This document shows, one piece after another, positions 28,834 to 38,209 of a stretch of 64,000 bases of DNA. Numbering within the stretch: the first letter of the stretch is position 1; every line of letters begins with the position of its first letter. The notes beneath the pieces are model-generated. The model made no database searches and had not been told where the DNA came from. It worked only from the letters and a program-made list of their open reading frames with translations. Source of the stretch: an uncultured Gammaproteobacteria bacterium (GTDB taxonomy: Bacteria > Patescibacteriota > Microgenomatia > Daviesbacterales > UBA10151); assembly GCA_964394855.1 (NCBI GenBank), contig CAYMZD010000002.1:131964-195963 (forward strand). Reading direction: 5' to 3'. The position numbers and the translations under genes were made by a program.

Positions 28834-29589
28834 TTATTTAAAAGTGGTAGCTAGTTTTTCCCACTGGGCCAAACGCAATTTTAATTGCGGATTAGCATCA
28901 ATTATTTCTTTGGCTTTTTGCAAATGTTCCTTAGCTTGTGGCGGGTCATCTTCTCTTAACATCTCTGCTATTCTCATATGTCCGCCGGAGACCCAAACAT
29001 CTTTATTGTAAGCCACTTCCTGATTAAATTCTAATTTTTTACCACCTGCCTCAAAATCTTCATCAGATAAAACCGGTACTGCTTCAAGTTCTACTAGAGC
29101 TTTTTCTGCTCTTTCTAAGGCTGATTTATCCCCTGCTTTATAGGCACAAGTTTCCAGATGGACTTTAAAATCAGCCACAATAGCAGCTCTTTTGTGAGGT
29201 TCCGGTGGGTTATTGATGATATTTTCCACAGCTTTTTGGTATGTGGCTACTGCATCTGGCAACTCTCCCAAAGTTTCCTGTGCTTTGGCCAGATTAAAAA
29301 GCGGTAGCGCTAAAGCCTGTTTATCCCCACTTGCTTGGGCCAGTTCCACAGATGCCATGGCTGTATGTTTGGCCAAAATTAAATAGTTTTTATCATCGGT
29401 TTTTTCAAATAAGTGACGGAGAGTTAAAAACCTGGAAGCTTGTACTTCAGCAAATCCCAGAGAATCACCACCTTGCTGATATGACACCGTGGCTTGATCA
29501 GTTAATTCCAAGGCTCTGGTAAAATCACCGCTTTCTCTGGCTTGTTCAGCCAAACCATGTAATCTTCTTCCTTCAGATTCCATGGCCAT
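28834..29589 (-). CDS. TPR-like helical repeat protein
   Basis: Ala/Leu-rich helical repeats (LFNLAKAQETLGELPDAVATYQKA). Confidence 0.7.
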   Translation of the reverse strand: MAMESEGRRLHGLAEQARESGDFTRALELTDQATVSYQQGGDSLGFAEVQASRFLTLRHLFEKTDDKNYLILAKHTAMASVELAQASGDKQALALPLFNLAKAQETLGELPDAVATYQKAVENIINNPPEPHKRAAIVADFKVHLETCAYKAGDKSALERAEKALVELEAVPVLSDEDFEAGGKKLEFNQEVAYNKDVWVSGGHMRIAEMLREDDPPQAKEHLQKAKEIIDANPQLKLRLAQWEKLATTFK

Positions 29590-29600
29590 ATTATACCATA

Positions 29601-30896
29601 TTATATAAAGGGATTTTTGGTCAGATTAGTGAGAAAGAATAACTGGACCAGATTTTTAGGTAAAGGTATTCCTGTAAAAAATGGGAAAAATAAAAGAAAA
29701 CTTAAGAACATTAAAATTAAAAGTGCCATGACAAAACTTTTATCTTTAATTTTATCTACTTGATATCCTAAAGCTAATACTAAAAAAGGTATGGAGGGGG
29801 AGTAATGGTATAAAAACATTACCCGAGGTGATAAGGCCCAGGGTAGCCAAAAAATAAAATATCCCAACAAAATGATAAATAAATTTCTTGAGCGCGTTTT
29901 AAGAAAATCAAATATGGTCAGAATTATGGCCAACACTCCTGTCCAAAAAACCAATGGATTACCCGATGCAAAAATGTTGGCAATTTTATCTTTTTGGTAA
30001 TCCACGAAATACCAAACAGGATAAAGATTAAACGGCCAACTCCACCAGGGAGAACCATAATCATGAGTGGCTTTAAGGTTAGTATTATACCACCACATTT
30101 GTTTTTGCAATTCTAAAAAATTATTCCAACTACCGCCCAATAAAAAATACTGTGTATATGTAAAGGTATATATGATGAAAGGAATAAAAATAAAGATCGA
30201 GCTTAAAATAATGAAATCTTTAATTACTAAAAATAAAGAAAGTTTTTTAAATTCCTTTATATCATGGTTTATTTTTTCTAATCCAATCCAAAACCCAATT
30301 GCTATTAGCAGATAAGCGCCAGTCCATTTAGTAGCTATAGTTAATCCCAAACAAATACTAAGTATGAGTAGTCTGACATTTTTTTCCTCTGGTGGACCGG
30401 TTTTATATTTTATAAACGCCAAAAAACTCACCAAAATAAAAAAGACGATTACTATATCATTCATATTGATGCGGGATTGCACCAGCAGCAGACCATCCAA
30501 AGAGGCAATAAAAGAAGCCACAAGGGCAATAGTTTTTTTATCAGGGAAAAGCGAGCGGGCTATTAAATATATTAGAAAAATTATACCTACCCCTAAACCG
30601 ACATTAACCACTCTCCACCCAAATGAATTAACGCCAAAAACTAAAATTCCCATGGCATCAATTAATTTAGCCAGGGGTGGATGAGTCCATCCATATGCGG
30701 TGCCGGCAATGGGAGATGTAGACTTCCACTCATAAGCCTCCTTGCTTCCTTTGGTAAATTCTATAGTGGTAAAGGCATTATAAACTTCATCAAAAACATA
30801 ATTTTTGGGATAATCTAATCTATAAATCCTGGAAAAAAGGGAAAATATCAATATTAAAATTAAAGCAAGCGTTATTTTATTAAATTTTTTTAGCAT
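29601..30896 (-). CDS. Protein O-mannosyltransferase (PMT, GT39-like)
   Basis: VFDEVY, HPPLAK, FGWR, H.YGSPWWSWP, GNP..W, FLYHY motifs. Confidence 0.9.
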   Translation of the reverse strand: MLKKFNKITLALILILIFSLFSRIYRLDYPKNYVFDEVYNAFTTIEFTKGSKEAYEWKSTSPIAGTAYGWTHPPLAKLIDAMGILVFGVNSFGWRVVNVGLGVGIIFLIYLIARSLFPDKKTIALVASFIASLDGLLLVQSRINMNDIVIVFFILVSFLAFIKYKTGPPEEKNVRLLILSICLGLTIATKWTGAYLLIAIGFWIGLEKINHDIKEFKKLSLFLVIKDFIILSSIFIFIPFIIYTFTYTQYFLLGGSWNNFLELQKQMWWYNTNLKATHDYGSPWWSWPFNLYPVWYFVDYQKDKIANIFASGNPLVFWTGVLAIILTIFDFLKTRSRNLFIILLGYFIFWLPWALSPRVMFLYHYSPSIPFLVLALGYQVDKIKDKSFVMALLILMFLSFLLFFPFFTGIPLPKNLVQLFFLTNLTKNPFI

Positions 30897-30957
30897 AGCC
30901 TTTCTTAGAAATTATAGCAAAGATGGTAGAGTATAATCTAACCTGCTACTTAAAAAG

Positions 30958-31938
30958 ATGAAAAAAATTTTAGTAATTTTAGGACCAACTGCCACCGGCA
31001 AAACTGATTTGGCTCTTGTCTTGGCCAAAAAATTTAATGGTGAGCTAATTGCTTGTGATAGTCGGCAAGTTTATATTGGTTTAGATATAGGAACTGGCAA
31101 GATGCCATCTAAAAAATTACCAATTAAAAAAGTAAGTAGATTTTGGGAAATAAATGGAATACGAATCTGGATGTATGATGTGGTTAGCCCCAACACTCAA
31201 TACAGTGTGGCAAATTATGTCAAAGAGGCAACTCTAGTAATAGAGGGTGTTTTATCAAGAAAAAAATTACCTATTGTTGTTGGCGGAACAGGACTTTATT
31301 TAAAATCATTGCTTGAGGGATTATCTAATTTGGCAGTACCTGTTGATCTAAATTTAAGAAATGAACTGGATCAGCTAACTGTTGATAAGTTACAACAAAA
31401 ATTAAAGAAGCTCTCACCAAAAAGATGGCATACCATGAATCAATCAGATAGACAAAATAACAGAAGATTAATTCGTTCTATTGAATTAGTCACTATGTAT
31501 GGATACATGGAAACTAATAAAAAATATGATGGTTTGATAAAGAAATTTAAGGTGTTAAAGATTGGGCTGACTGCTCCCAGAGAGGTTCTTTACAAAAGAG
31601 TTGATCTACGAGTTTTATCGAGAATAGACCAAGGAATGATTGAAGAAGCAATAAGCTTATATAAAAATGGTCTAACTTTAAAAAGAATGAGAAAGTTAGG
31701 TCTTGAATATAGAGTACTGGCAGATTATCTAGATGGCAAGATTCAGACAGTGGATGAGTTAATAAAAATTATGCAAGGTAAAATCCATGGATATTTAAGA
31801 CGCCAACTTACTTGGTTTAATAAAGAAAAAGATATTCACTGGTTTGATTTAACAGATGATCAATCTATGCCAGAAATAGAAAAATTAATTATTAAATGGT
31901 ATGATAATGCACGAATAGACGATGTCTCGCAAAATTGA
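30958..31938 (+). CDS. miaA: tRNA dimethylallyltransferase
   Basis: GPTATGKT, DSRQVY.GLDIGTGK, VGGTGLY, RRQLTWF. Confidence 0.96.
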   Translation: MKKILVILGPTATGKTDLALVLAKKFNGELIACDSRQVYIGLDIGTGKMPSKKLPIKKVSRFWEINGIRIWMYDVVSPNTQYSVANYVKEATLVIEGVLSRKKLPIVVGGTGLYLKSLLEGLSNLAVPVDLNLRNELDQLTVDKLQQKLKKLSPKRWHTMNQSDRQNNRRLIRSIELVTMYGYMETNKKYDGLIKKFKVLKIGLTAPREVLYKRVDLRVLSRIDQGMIEEAISLYKNGLTLKRMRKLGLEYRVLADYLDGKIQTVDELIKIMQGKIHGYLRRQLTWFNKEKDIHWFDLTDDQSMPEIEKLIIKWYDNARIDDVSQN

Positions 31939-32890
31939 TATTTCACACAAGACAATAATTTTTGTCACCATATTTTTGTTAAGTCTTTGGATTGTTTATC
32001 ATATCCTAGATTTATTATTACTTTTATTTGTGGCTTTAATTTTTATGTCTGCTCTATCTCCTTTGATAAGTTTTCTTCAAAAACTAAAAATTCCTAAGGT
32101 TTTGGGAGTTTTGATAATTTATCTATTATTTTTGGGAGCAATTGGCGGACTGTTGACAGTTTCTTTTACTCCTTTGATTGAAGAAACAACCAAACTGGCA
32201 CTGACTCTGCCATCTGCTTTGGCAGATTTGCTAAAAGTTAATAATTTAGATCCAAATGTTATTCAATCTGAAGTGAGTAATTTATCAAAAAATTTGTTTT
32301 CCACTACTAGGGCAATTTTTGATAACATCATTACCATAATTTTTCTTTTGGTCTTGACATTTTATCTATTGCTGGAAAGAGAAAACTTGGAAAAAAGAGC
32401 TGCTTTCTTATTCACGGGCCAAGAAGACAGGATACAAAAGTTATTAATGGAGATAGAGGGAAAATTAGGTGCCTGGCTTCGTGGACAACTTTTTTTGAGT
32501 TTAATTATTGGGGTGCTGGTTTATTTAGGGCTATCTGTTTTACAGATTCCTTATGCCCTATCGCTGTCAATTTTAGCTGCCTTTACTGAAGTTATTCCTG
32601 TAATCGGCCCAATTATTTCTGCTATTCCAGCCATTCTTTTAGCATTGACTATTTCTCCGGTTTTAGCGGCAGTTGTTACAGCAATGTATTTTGTTATCCA
32701 ACAATTAGAAAATCATCTGGTGGTGCCACAGGTAATGAAAAAGGCGGTAGGTTTAAATCCTTTGGTGGTAATTTTGGCAATTGCTGTCGGGGGAAGGCTT
32801 TTAGGTATTGGCGGAGCCCTTTTGGCAGTACCTATTGTGGTGGTTTTGCAAATAATTGTGTTGGATATTCTAAGAGAAAAAAATGCCTAG
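31922..32890 (+). CDS. AI-2E family transporter
   Basis: WLRGQL, IPVIGP, QQLENH.VVP.VM..AVGL.P, GALLAVP. Confidence 0.92.
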   Translation: MSRKIDISHKTIIFVTIFLLSLWIVYHILDLLLLLFVALIFMSALSPLISFLQKLKIPKVLGVLIIYLLFLGAIGGLLTVSFTPLIEETTKLALTLPSALADLLKVNNLDPNVIQSEVSNLSKNLFSTTRAIFDNIITIIFLLVLTFYLLLERENLEKRAAFLFTGQEDRIQKLLMEIEGKLGAWLRGQLFLSLIIGVLVYLGLSVLQIPYALSLSILAAFTEVIPVIGPIISAIPAILLALTISPVLAAVVTAMYFVIQQLENHLVVPQVMKKAVGLNPLVVILAIAVGGRLLGIGGALLAVPIVVVLQIIVLDILREKNA

Positions 32891-33214
32891 GAAGCTTGTA
32901 AGCCAGATTCTGTTTTAAGGCGATTATTTATCTAGTGCTCCTGACTTAGACCTTTAGGCGAGTAACCTGGTCATATCTAGGATTGCAGCGGGGAGGATTG
33001 CCTCTTTTCACCCTCTACCCCATACCAGATGGTATAGGGTGAGTCGTAGTCTCTGTGGCTCTCCAGCCAAAGGCTGGTCGTCCTTTGGACGAAACTAGCG
33101 GTTACCCGTGGATCGATTACTCGACCCCACCCTTACTCTGTGCTGTCTGGACTTTCCTGAACGTAACAAATCACTTGGTGACTGTGTACGTCCCAATCAC
33201 CCATCTTCCTAGGC
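32885..33214 (-). ncRNA. rnpB: RNase P RNA
   Basis: Minus strand: P1 GCCTAGGAAG/CTTCCTAGGC; AGGAAAGTCCAGA and ACAGAATCTGGCTTA P4 halves with compensatory changes. Confidence 0.95.
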
Positions 33215-33245
33215 CCTGATATTATACTATAAAATAATGTAGGAA

Positions 33246-33617
33246 TCAATCTTTGGGAAGATAAGAATGAATTTCTTGTAGTAATTGATCCAAGTTTAAA
33301 GATGATTTAATAATATACCCTACAGCACCCAGCTTTAAGGCTTTATCAATAATTTCTTTTTCTCCTACTACTGTTAAAATCACCACCGGAATAGTTTTAG
33401 TCTGGGAGTTATTTTTTAATTTTTCCAAAACCTGAAGACCATTTAAGTTGGGCATGATGATATCTAAAAGTATTAAATCCGGGTTATTGTCTTGAGCTCT
33501 TTTAATCCCCTCCTCGCCGGAAGTAGCTAGTTCCACTCGAAAATTTTCTAAACTCAACATATTTTGATACATCCGACCCATATATTCGTTATCCTCAATG
33601 ATTAATATTCTTTTCAT
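33246..33617 (-). CDS. Stand-alone response regulator receiver
   Basis: ILIIEDN, PDLILLDIIMP.LNG, GAVGYIIK. Confidence 0.95.
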   Translation of the reverse strand: MKRILIIEDNEYMGRMYQNMLSLENFRVELATSGEEGIKRAQDNNPDLILLDIIMPNLNGLQVLEKLKNNSQTKTIPVVILTVVGEKEIIDKALKLGAVGYIIKSSLNLDQLLQEIHSYLPKD

Positions 33618-33625
33618 ATCTTAAA

Positions 33626-34771
33626 TTATACAATATTGGCCAAGGGTAAGGTAAAATCAAAAATCGAACCCTTGCCAATTTGGGAATACTCCAGTTTAAT
33701 TTGTCCCCCCATACCCTCAACCATAAACTTAGCAATATAAAGCCCAACCCCAGTACTTTTGGAAGTGGCTCGGGTGAGGATATCATCAGATGCCAGCTGA
33801 AATTTTCTAAATATTAATCTTTGATTTTGGGTTGATATTCCCTGACCGGTATCCTTAATAATAATTTTGGCCATATTTTCCTCGACTTTTAAGTCAATGG
33901 TAATTCCTCCCTGACTGGTAAATTTTATGGAATTATCCAAAAGATTTAGTAAAACTTGTTTAACTTTATTTTGGTCAGCCCCAACCCTGGGTATCTTAGC
34001 TGCAGAGTTAAATTTAATGTAGAGTCCTTTGTCTTGAGCGAGCTGTTTTAAGTTTTGGATGATTTCTTTTATCAGAGTTTTAACATCAAAAACTTCCTTT
34101 TTAAATTCAATCTTTCCTTGTTCAAAACGAGAGATATCAAGAAAATCATTGACAATATTAATAAGCTGTAGGCTGGAATCATAGATATCATCTAAAATTT
34201 TATTAAATCTTTCATTCTCGTGATTATAATGTTTTTTGATAATTTCAGTATTTCCCCTAATCACAGCTAGAGGAGTTTTTAACTCATGGGTAGCAATAGA
34301 GAAAAAATCCTTTTTAGAGCGCTCGAGGATATTTCCTTCTGTGACATCCTCAACTAAAATTACCGCCCCAATAAATTCTAAACGGATTTTTGGTTTTTTA
34401 TTAACTAAAACAATGGGGGTTAAATAAATATGTAAAAAAAGATTTTTGAAACTTAAATTATTGGCACTAAATGATTTTCTTTCTTCCAGGCATTTTTTAA
34501 CTTGAGTTCTAATATCAAAACAATCTTTTAAATTTGAGGAGACAAGATTCATATCACATTTTAAATTGATTAAATTAGGATCTGTCATAGCATTTTTTAT
34601 ATTGGGATAATCACTACAAAGAAGAACTTTGGCCGCAGTATTGATAGTTTCAATCTCGCCTTTTTGATCTGTAATAATAAATCCGACATTAATTGAGTTT
34701 AGAGCAGCTTCTAATTTGGCCTTTTCTTTTTTAAGCTGGGATAAATATTTTTGAAATGGGAAAAATATCAT
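33626..34771 (-). CDS. Soluble PAS-type sensor histidine kinase
   Basis: THELKTPL H-box, NLLDNSIKF N-box, DTGQGI, GVGLYI; likely ATG at 34771. Confidence 0.92.
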   Translation of the reverse strand: MIFFPFQKYLSQLKKEKAKLEAALNSINVGFIITDQKGEIETINTAAKVLLCSDYPNIKNAMTDPNLINLKCDMNLVSSNLKDCFDIRTQVKKCLEERKSFSANNLSFKNLFLHIYLTPIVLVNKKPKIRLEFIGAVILVEDVTEGNILERSKKDFFSIATHELKTPLAVIRGNTEIIKKHYNHENERFNKILDDIYDSSLQLINIVNDFLDISRFEQGKIEFKKEVFDVKTLIKEIIQNLKQLAQDKGLYIKFNSAAKIPRVGADQNKVKQVLLNLLDNSIKFTSQGGITIDLKVEENMAKIIIKDTGQGISTQNQRLIFRKFQLASDDILTRATSKSTGVGLYIAKFMVEGMGGQIKLEYSQIGKGSIFDFTLPLANIV

Positions 34772-34794
34772 AATTTTAGTATATACTAAAATGG

Positions 34795-36330
34795 ATGCTG
34801 GCAAAAGTTCTATCTGGCGCCAATGTGGGTTTGGATGCTGTGGCTGTAAATGTGGAAGTTGATATTGCCTCAATGGGACTGCCTTCATTTACCATTGTTG
34901 GTTTGGGTGATAGAGCGATAGAAGAAAGTAAAGAAAGAGTCAGGGCCGCCATTAGAAATACCGGTGGCGATTTTCCCGCAAGGAAAATAACCATCAATTT
35001 AGCTCCGGCAGATCTGCCCAAAGAAGGCCCCTCGTATGATTTACCAATCGCTCTGGGTCTTCTTTTAGCGGCAGAGCAGATTCCAAAGATCAGTCCGGGT
35101 TTTAATTTAAACGAAACGTTGGTGGTGGGAGAACTTTCATTGGACGGAACTTTGAGAAGAACACAAGGTATATTGCCTTTGGCAATTTTGGCTCATCAGC
35201 TAGGTTTAAAAAAAATAATAATTCCTCAAGCTAATGCTGAAGAAGCAGCCATAGTAGAGGACTTGGAAATTTTTGCCTTTGATAATTTACAACAAGTTAC
35301 ACAGGTATTATTAGGTCAAACAAAGATAAAGGCTGTTAAAAAGAAAAAAGTTCATCTAGAAGAAGATCTCAATTACGAATATGATTTTTGCCAAATTAAG
35401 GGTCAAGAGCAAGCCAAAAGAGCCTTGGAGATTGCAGCAGCAGGAGGACACAACGTTTTACTCAAAGGTCCACCTGGAGCTGGTAAAACCATGTTGGCCA
35501 GAAGCTTTCCTTCAATTTTGCCTCCTTTGACTTTGGAAGAGGCCATAGAAGTGACTAAGATTTATTCTATTTCTGGTAATTTACTCACGGGTCAATCTCT
35601 GATTGTCACTAGACCATTTCGCAGCCCTCATCATACTGCTTCGTATGTTGGTTTAATCGGCGGGGGAAATTCCATTAGACCAGGGGAAGTGTCGTTGGCC
35701 CATCGCGGGGTACTATTTTTGGACGAATTGCCAGAGTTTCAAAGACAGGTTTTGGAAGCACTGCGGCAACCCCTAGAAGATCACCATGTGACCATTTCCC
35801 GAGCCTCTGGGTCTTTAACTTTTCCCTCCCAATTTATTTTAATGGCTGCTCAAAACCCCTGTCCATGTGGATTTTTAGGGGATAGAAGAAGGAACTGTAG
35901 CTGCATGCCAGGGCAAATTGCCAAATATCAACGTCGTGTATCTGGACCATTTTTAGATAGGATTGATATTCATCTGGAAATACCAGCGGTTGAAGTAGAA
36001 AAACTTTCAGGCAATCTGCTTGCAGAGGACTCTAAAACTATCAGGCAAAGAGTGACCTTGGCCAGGAAGAAACAGCAGCAAAGATTTAGGGGAAAGTTTC
36101 TGACCAATTCAGAAATGGGCAATAGTGAGATCAGAGAATTTTGTCAAATTACCCCGGATGGTTTGAATTTACTCAAAATGGCTATATCTTCTTTGAATCT
36201 CTCCGCCAGGGGTTATCATCGGGTACTTAAACTTTCCAGAACTATTGCTGATTTGGCTGGCTCTGAACCAATTTTAACTGAGCATGTGGCTGAAGCCTTG
36301 CAATATAGGGCCAGAGATGAGGCGGTGTGA
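34795..36330 (+). CDS. comM: YifB/ComM family Mg-chelatase-like AAA+ ATPase
   Basis: ITINLAPADLPKEG, GPPGAGKT, RPFRSPHH, LFLDELPEF, NPCPCG. Confidence 0.93.
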   Translation: MLAKVLSGANVGLDAVAVNVEVDIASMGLPSFTIVGLGDRAIEESKERVRAAIRNTGGDFPARKITINLAPADLPKEGPSYDLPIALGLLLAAEQIPKISPGFNLNETLVVGELSLDGTLRRTQGILPLAILAHQLGLKKIIIPQANAEEAAIVEDLEIFAFDNLQQVTQVLLGQTKIKAVKKKKVHLEEDLNYEYDFCQIKGQEQAKRALEIAAAGGHNVLLKGPPGAGKTMLARSFPSILPPLTLEEAIEVTKIYSISGNLLTGQSLIVTRPFRSPHHTASYVGLIGGGNSIRPGEVSLAHRGVLFLDELPEFQRQVLEALRQPLEDHHVTISRASGSLTFPSQFILMAAQNPCPCGFLGDRRRNCSCMPGQIAKYQRRVSGPFLDRIDIHLEIPAVEVEKLSGNLLAEDSKTIRQRVTLARKKQQQRFRGKFLTNSEMGNSEIREFCQITPDGLNLLKMAISSLNLSARGYHRVLKLSRTIADLAGSEPILTEHVAEALQYRARDEAV

Positions 36331-36372
36331 AAACCCCATACCAGATTGGTACAGGGCTTTCACAGATTGAAG

Positions 36373-36516
36373 TTAAACACCACCGATTCTAAACATAGAA
36401 GTGCCACAAACAGGACAAGTACCTTTGGCGGCTTTTTTGCCATTTTTCATAGTCACTTCTTGAACATTTTGTGCATCTCTTTTTTGTCGACATTTTACGC
36501 AATACATTTGTGCCAT
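36373..36516 (-). CDS. DUF5679-like zinc-ribbon miniprotein (47 aa, absent from ORF track)
   Basis: Manual translation MAQMYCVKCRQKR..VTMKNGKKAAKGTCPVCGTSMFRIGGV; strong RBS GGGGGTGAGG. Confidence 0.88.
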   Translation of the reverse strand: MAQMYCVKCRQKRDAQNVQEVTMKNGKKAAKGTCPVCGTSMFRIGGV

Positions 36517-36556
36517 AGTTATACCTCACCCCCTTTCAATCCGATTAAATCGGATT

Positions 36557-36868
36557 TCAAAATAGTCTCAGCTTGCTAGATAGCTGGCTAAAATAAATTA
36601 TGAACTGGGCTGCAATTGCCAGGGAGGCGAGAATTAAAATCTTGCGAAGGTCCTGTTTGAGATAAGCAAGGTCAGTTCGGAAGGAACCGGAAGGACTCTG
36701 TAAGTCGGAGATATCAGAAGATCTGATAGATCTGGTTGGTTGATTATCCGAAACACCGATTTTCCGAGTTATTCCGAGTTGTTCTGAACCCTTGCCATAC
36801 AGCTGCATATTGAGCAGTTTGAGGCGCTTTTCTATGTCAGACTGTTTATGAGTACGCATAATAGGCAT
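36557..36868 (-). CDS. Small protein with C-terminal TM helix
   Basis: DIEKRLKLL..QLYGK start, YLKQDLRKILILASLAI TM; upstream TTGACA-N18-TAGGCT. Confidence 0.7.
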   Translation of the reverse strand: MPIMRTHKQSDIEKRLKLLNMQLYGKGSEQLGITRKIGVSDNQPTRSIRSSDISDLQSPSGSFRTDLAYLKQDLRKILILASLAIAAQFIIYFSQLSSKLRLF

Positions 36869-36972
36869 GACATGAGCCTACCACGCACAAGCGAGCTTTG
36901 TCAAGCACCAATTCCGATTAAATCGGAACCAATTGAACCTAAAACTATAAGATTTGTGTTAAAATATGAAAG

Positions 36973-37662
36973 ATGATAAATAGAAGGGAATTTTTGGAAG
37001 TTTCAGCTGCTGTGGTGGGTGCTCCTTTTATACCCAAAGTACCTTCTTTTTTGGAAGATGCAAGAGTAATCACTCATGGGGATAGGGATAAACCTCAAGT
37101 GGCTTTAACTTTTGATGACGGGTTTTTGCCTCGGCAGGTTGAAAAAATTGCCGAGATAGCAGATCAATATGGGTTAAAATTTACCTTTTTCCCGGTGGGT
37201 TGGAGGGTGATGGATAGAAATCCAGATTTGTGGAGAGATGTTTACCTAACCGGTCATGAAATTGAAAATCATAGCCATTCCCACAGGATTCTTAATTCTA
37301 GATTAGTTAAACCGTTGGAAATGGTTTATGATATCGGTTTGCACGGGCAGGTCCTAAATGAAATTTTAAGAGAGGAATATCAAGAAAAGTTTTTCCGTCC
37401 TCCCGGAGGGTATATTGAGCAGGCAGTAATTGAAGCGGCTAATGGTTTAGGTTTAGCAGTAGTGACATGGTCACTATCAAGCGGAGGAACATCAAGGTTA
37501 GCTTCACCAGATAGTTCATTTGCCAATGTGTCCAGGGCCACAAATGGGGATATTGTACTGTTGCATTGTATTCCTAATGATACTGCGAGGCTTCCTGATA
37601 TGATAGAAGTTTTAGAGCAAAAGGGTCTTGATTTGGTCACCTTGGCCACTTTATTGGAGTAA
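36973..37662 (+). CDS. Polysaccharide deacetylase (NodB/CE4)
   Basis: VALTFDDG, HEIENHSHSH, FFRPPGG, GDIVLLH. Confidence 0.93.
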   Translation: MINRREFLEVSAAVVGAPFIPKVPSFLEDARVITHGDRDKPQVALTFDDGFLPRQVEKIAEIADQYGLKFTFFPVGWRVMDRNPDLWRDVYLTGHEIENHSHSHRILNSRLVKPLEMVYDIGLHGQVLNEILREEYQEKFFRPPGGYIEQAVIEAANGLGLAVVTWSLSSGGTSRLASPDSSFANVSRATNGDIVLLHCIPNDTARLPDMIEVLEQKGLDLVTLATLLE

Positions 37663-37740
37663 ACAAAATTTATTCAATTGATCCCGATTTAATCGGGATT
37701 GACAAAATTTTTTACTCAAGTTATGATAAAAGAGTAACTT

Positions 37741-38205
37741 ATGTATTCGGATTGGGTGATTGTTCTAAGCGCGGTTTTTTTGGTTTGGCTGGTAATTTTA
37801 ACATATCAGAACTGGAAAGAGAGAAAACTTTTATCAGAGCTTTTTGCAAAATCTGGGGAGCGAGATATCAGGAAAAAATTTGAAGAGATTTTAAAGGGTG
37901 TAGGGGAAGCAAGACTCAAAAGTTTGGATCTAGATAAAAAAATTGCGACTTTAAGAGAAGATAGCTTAAGCTACATCCAAAAAGTAGCCCTTTTGCGCTA
38001 TAACCCTTACGAAGATACAGGTGGGGACATAAGTTTTTCTTTAGCTTTACTGGATGACAGGGGAAATGGGCTAGTGGTGACTAGTTTACACGGTAGGGCA
38101 GGGACCAGAATTTTTGCCAAGGATGTCACAGAAGGAAAAGTAGGAAAGTATAACTTTTCTAAAGAAGAAGAGCGAGTAATTAAGAAAGCTATGGGAATTA
38201 AATAA
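37741..38205 (+). CDS. DUF4446-like membrane-anchored protein
   Basis: N-terminal TM; RYNPYEDTGGD.SFSLALLD..GNG.V.TSLHGR. Confidence 0.85.
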   Translation: MYSDWVIVLSAVFLVWLVILTYQNWKERKLLSELFAKSGERDIRKKFEEILKGVGEARLKSLDLDKKIATLREDSLSYIQKVALLRYNPYEDTGGDISFSLALLDDRGNGLVVTSLHGRAGTRIFAKDVTEGKVGKYNFSKEEERVIKKAMGIK

Positions 38206-38209
38206 TTTT

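Noticed and set aside
34772-34888. N-terminal extension of the histidine kinase (likewise cca 44773-44844 and 51281-51367)
   Set aside because: Overlaps the divergent neighbouring gene; downstream starts fit better.
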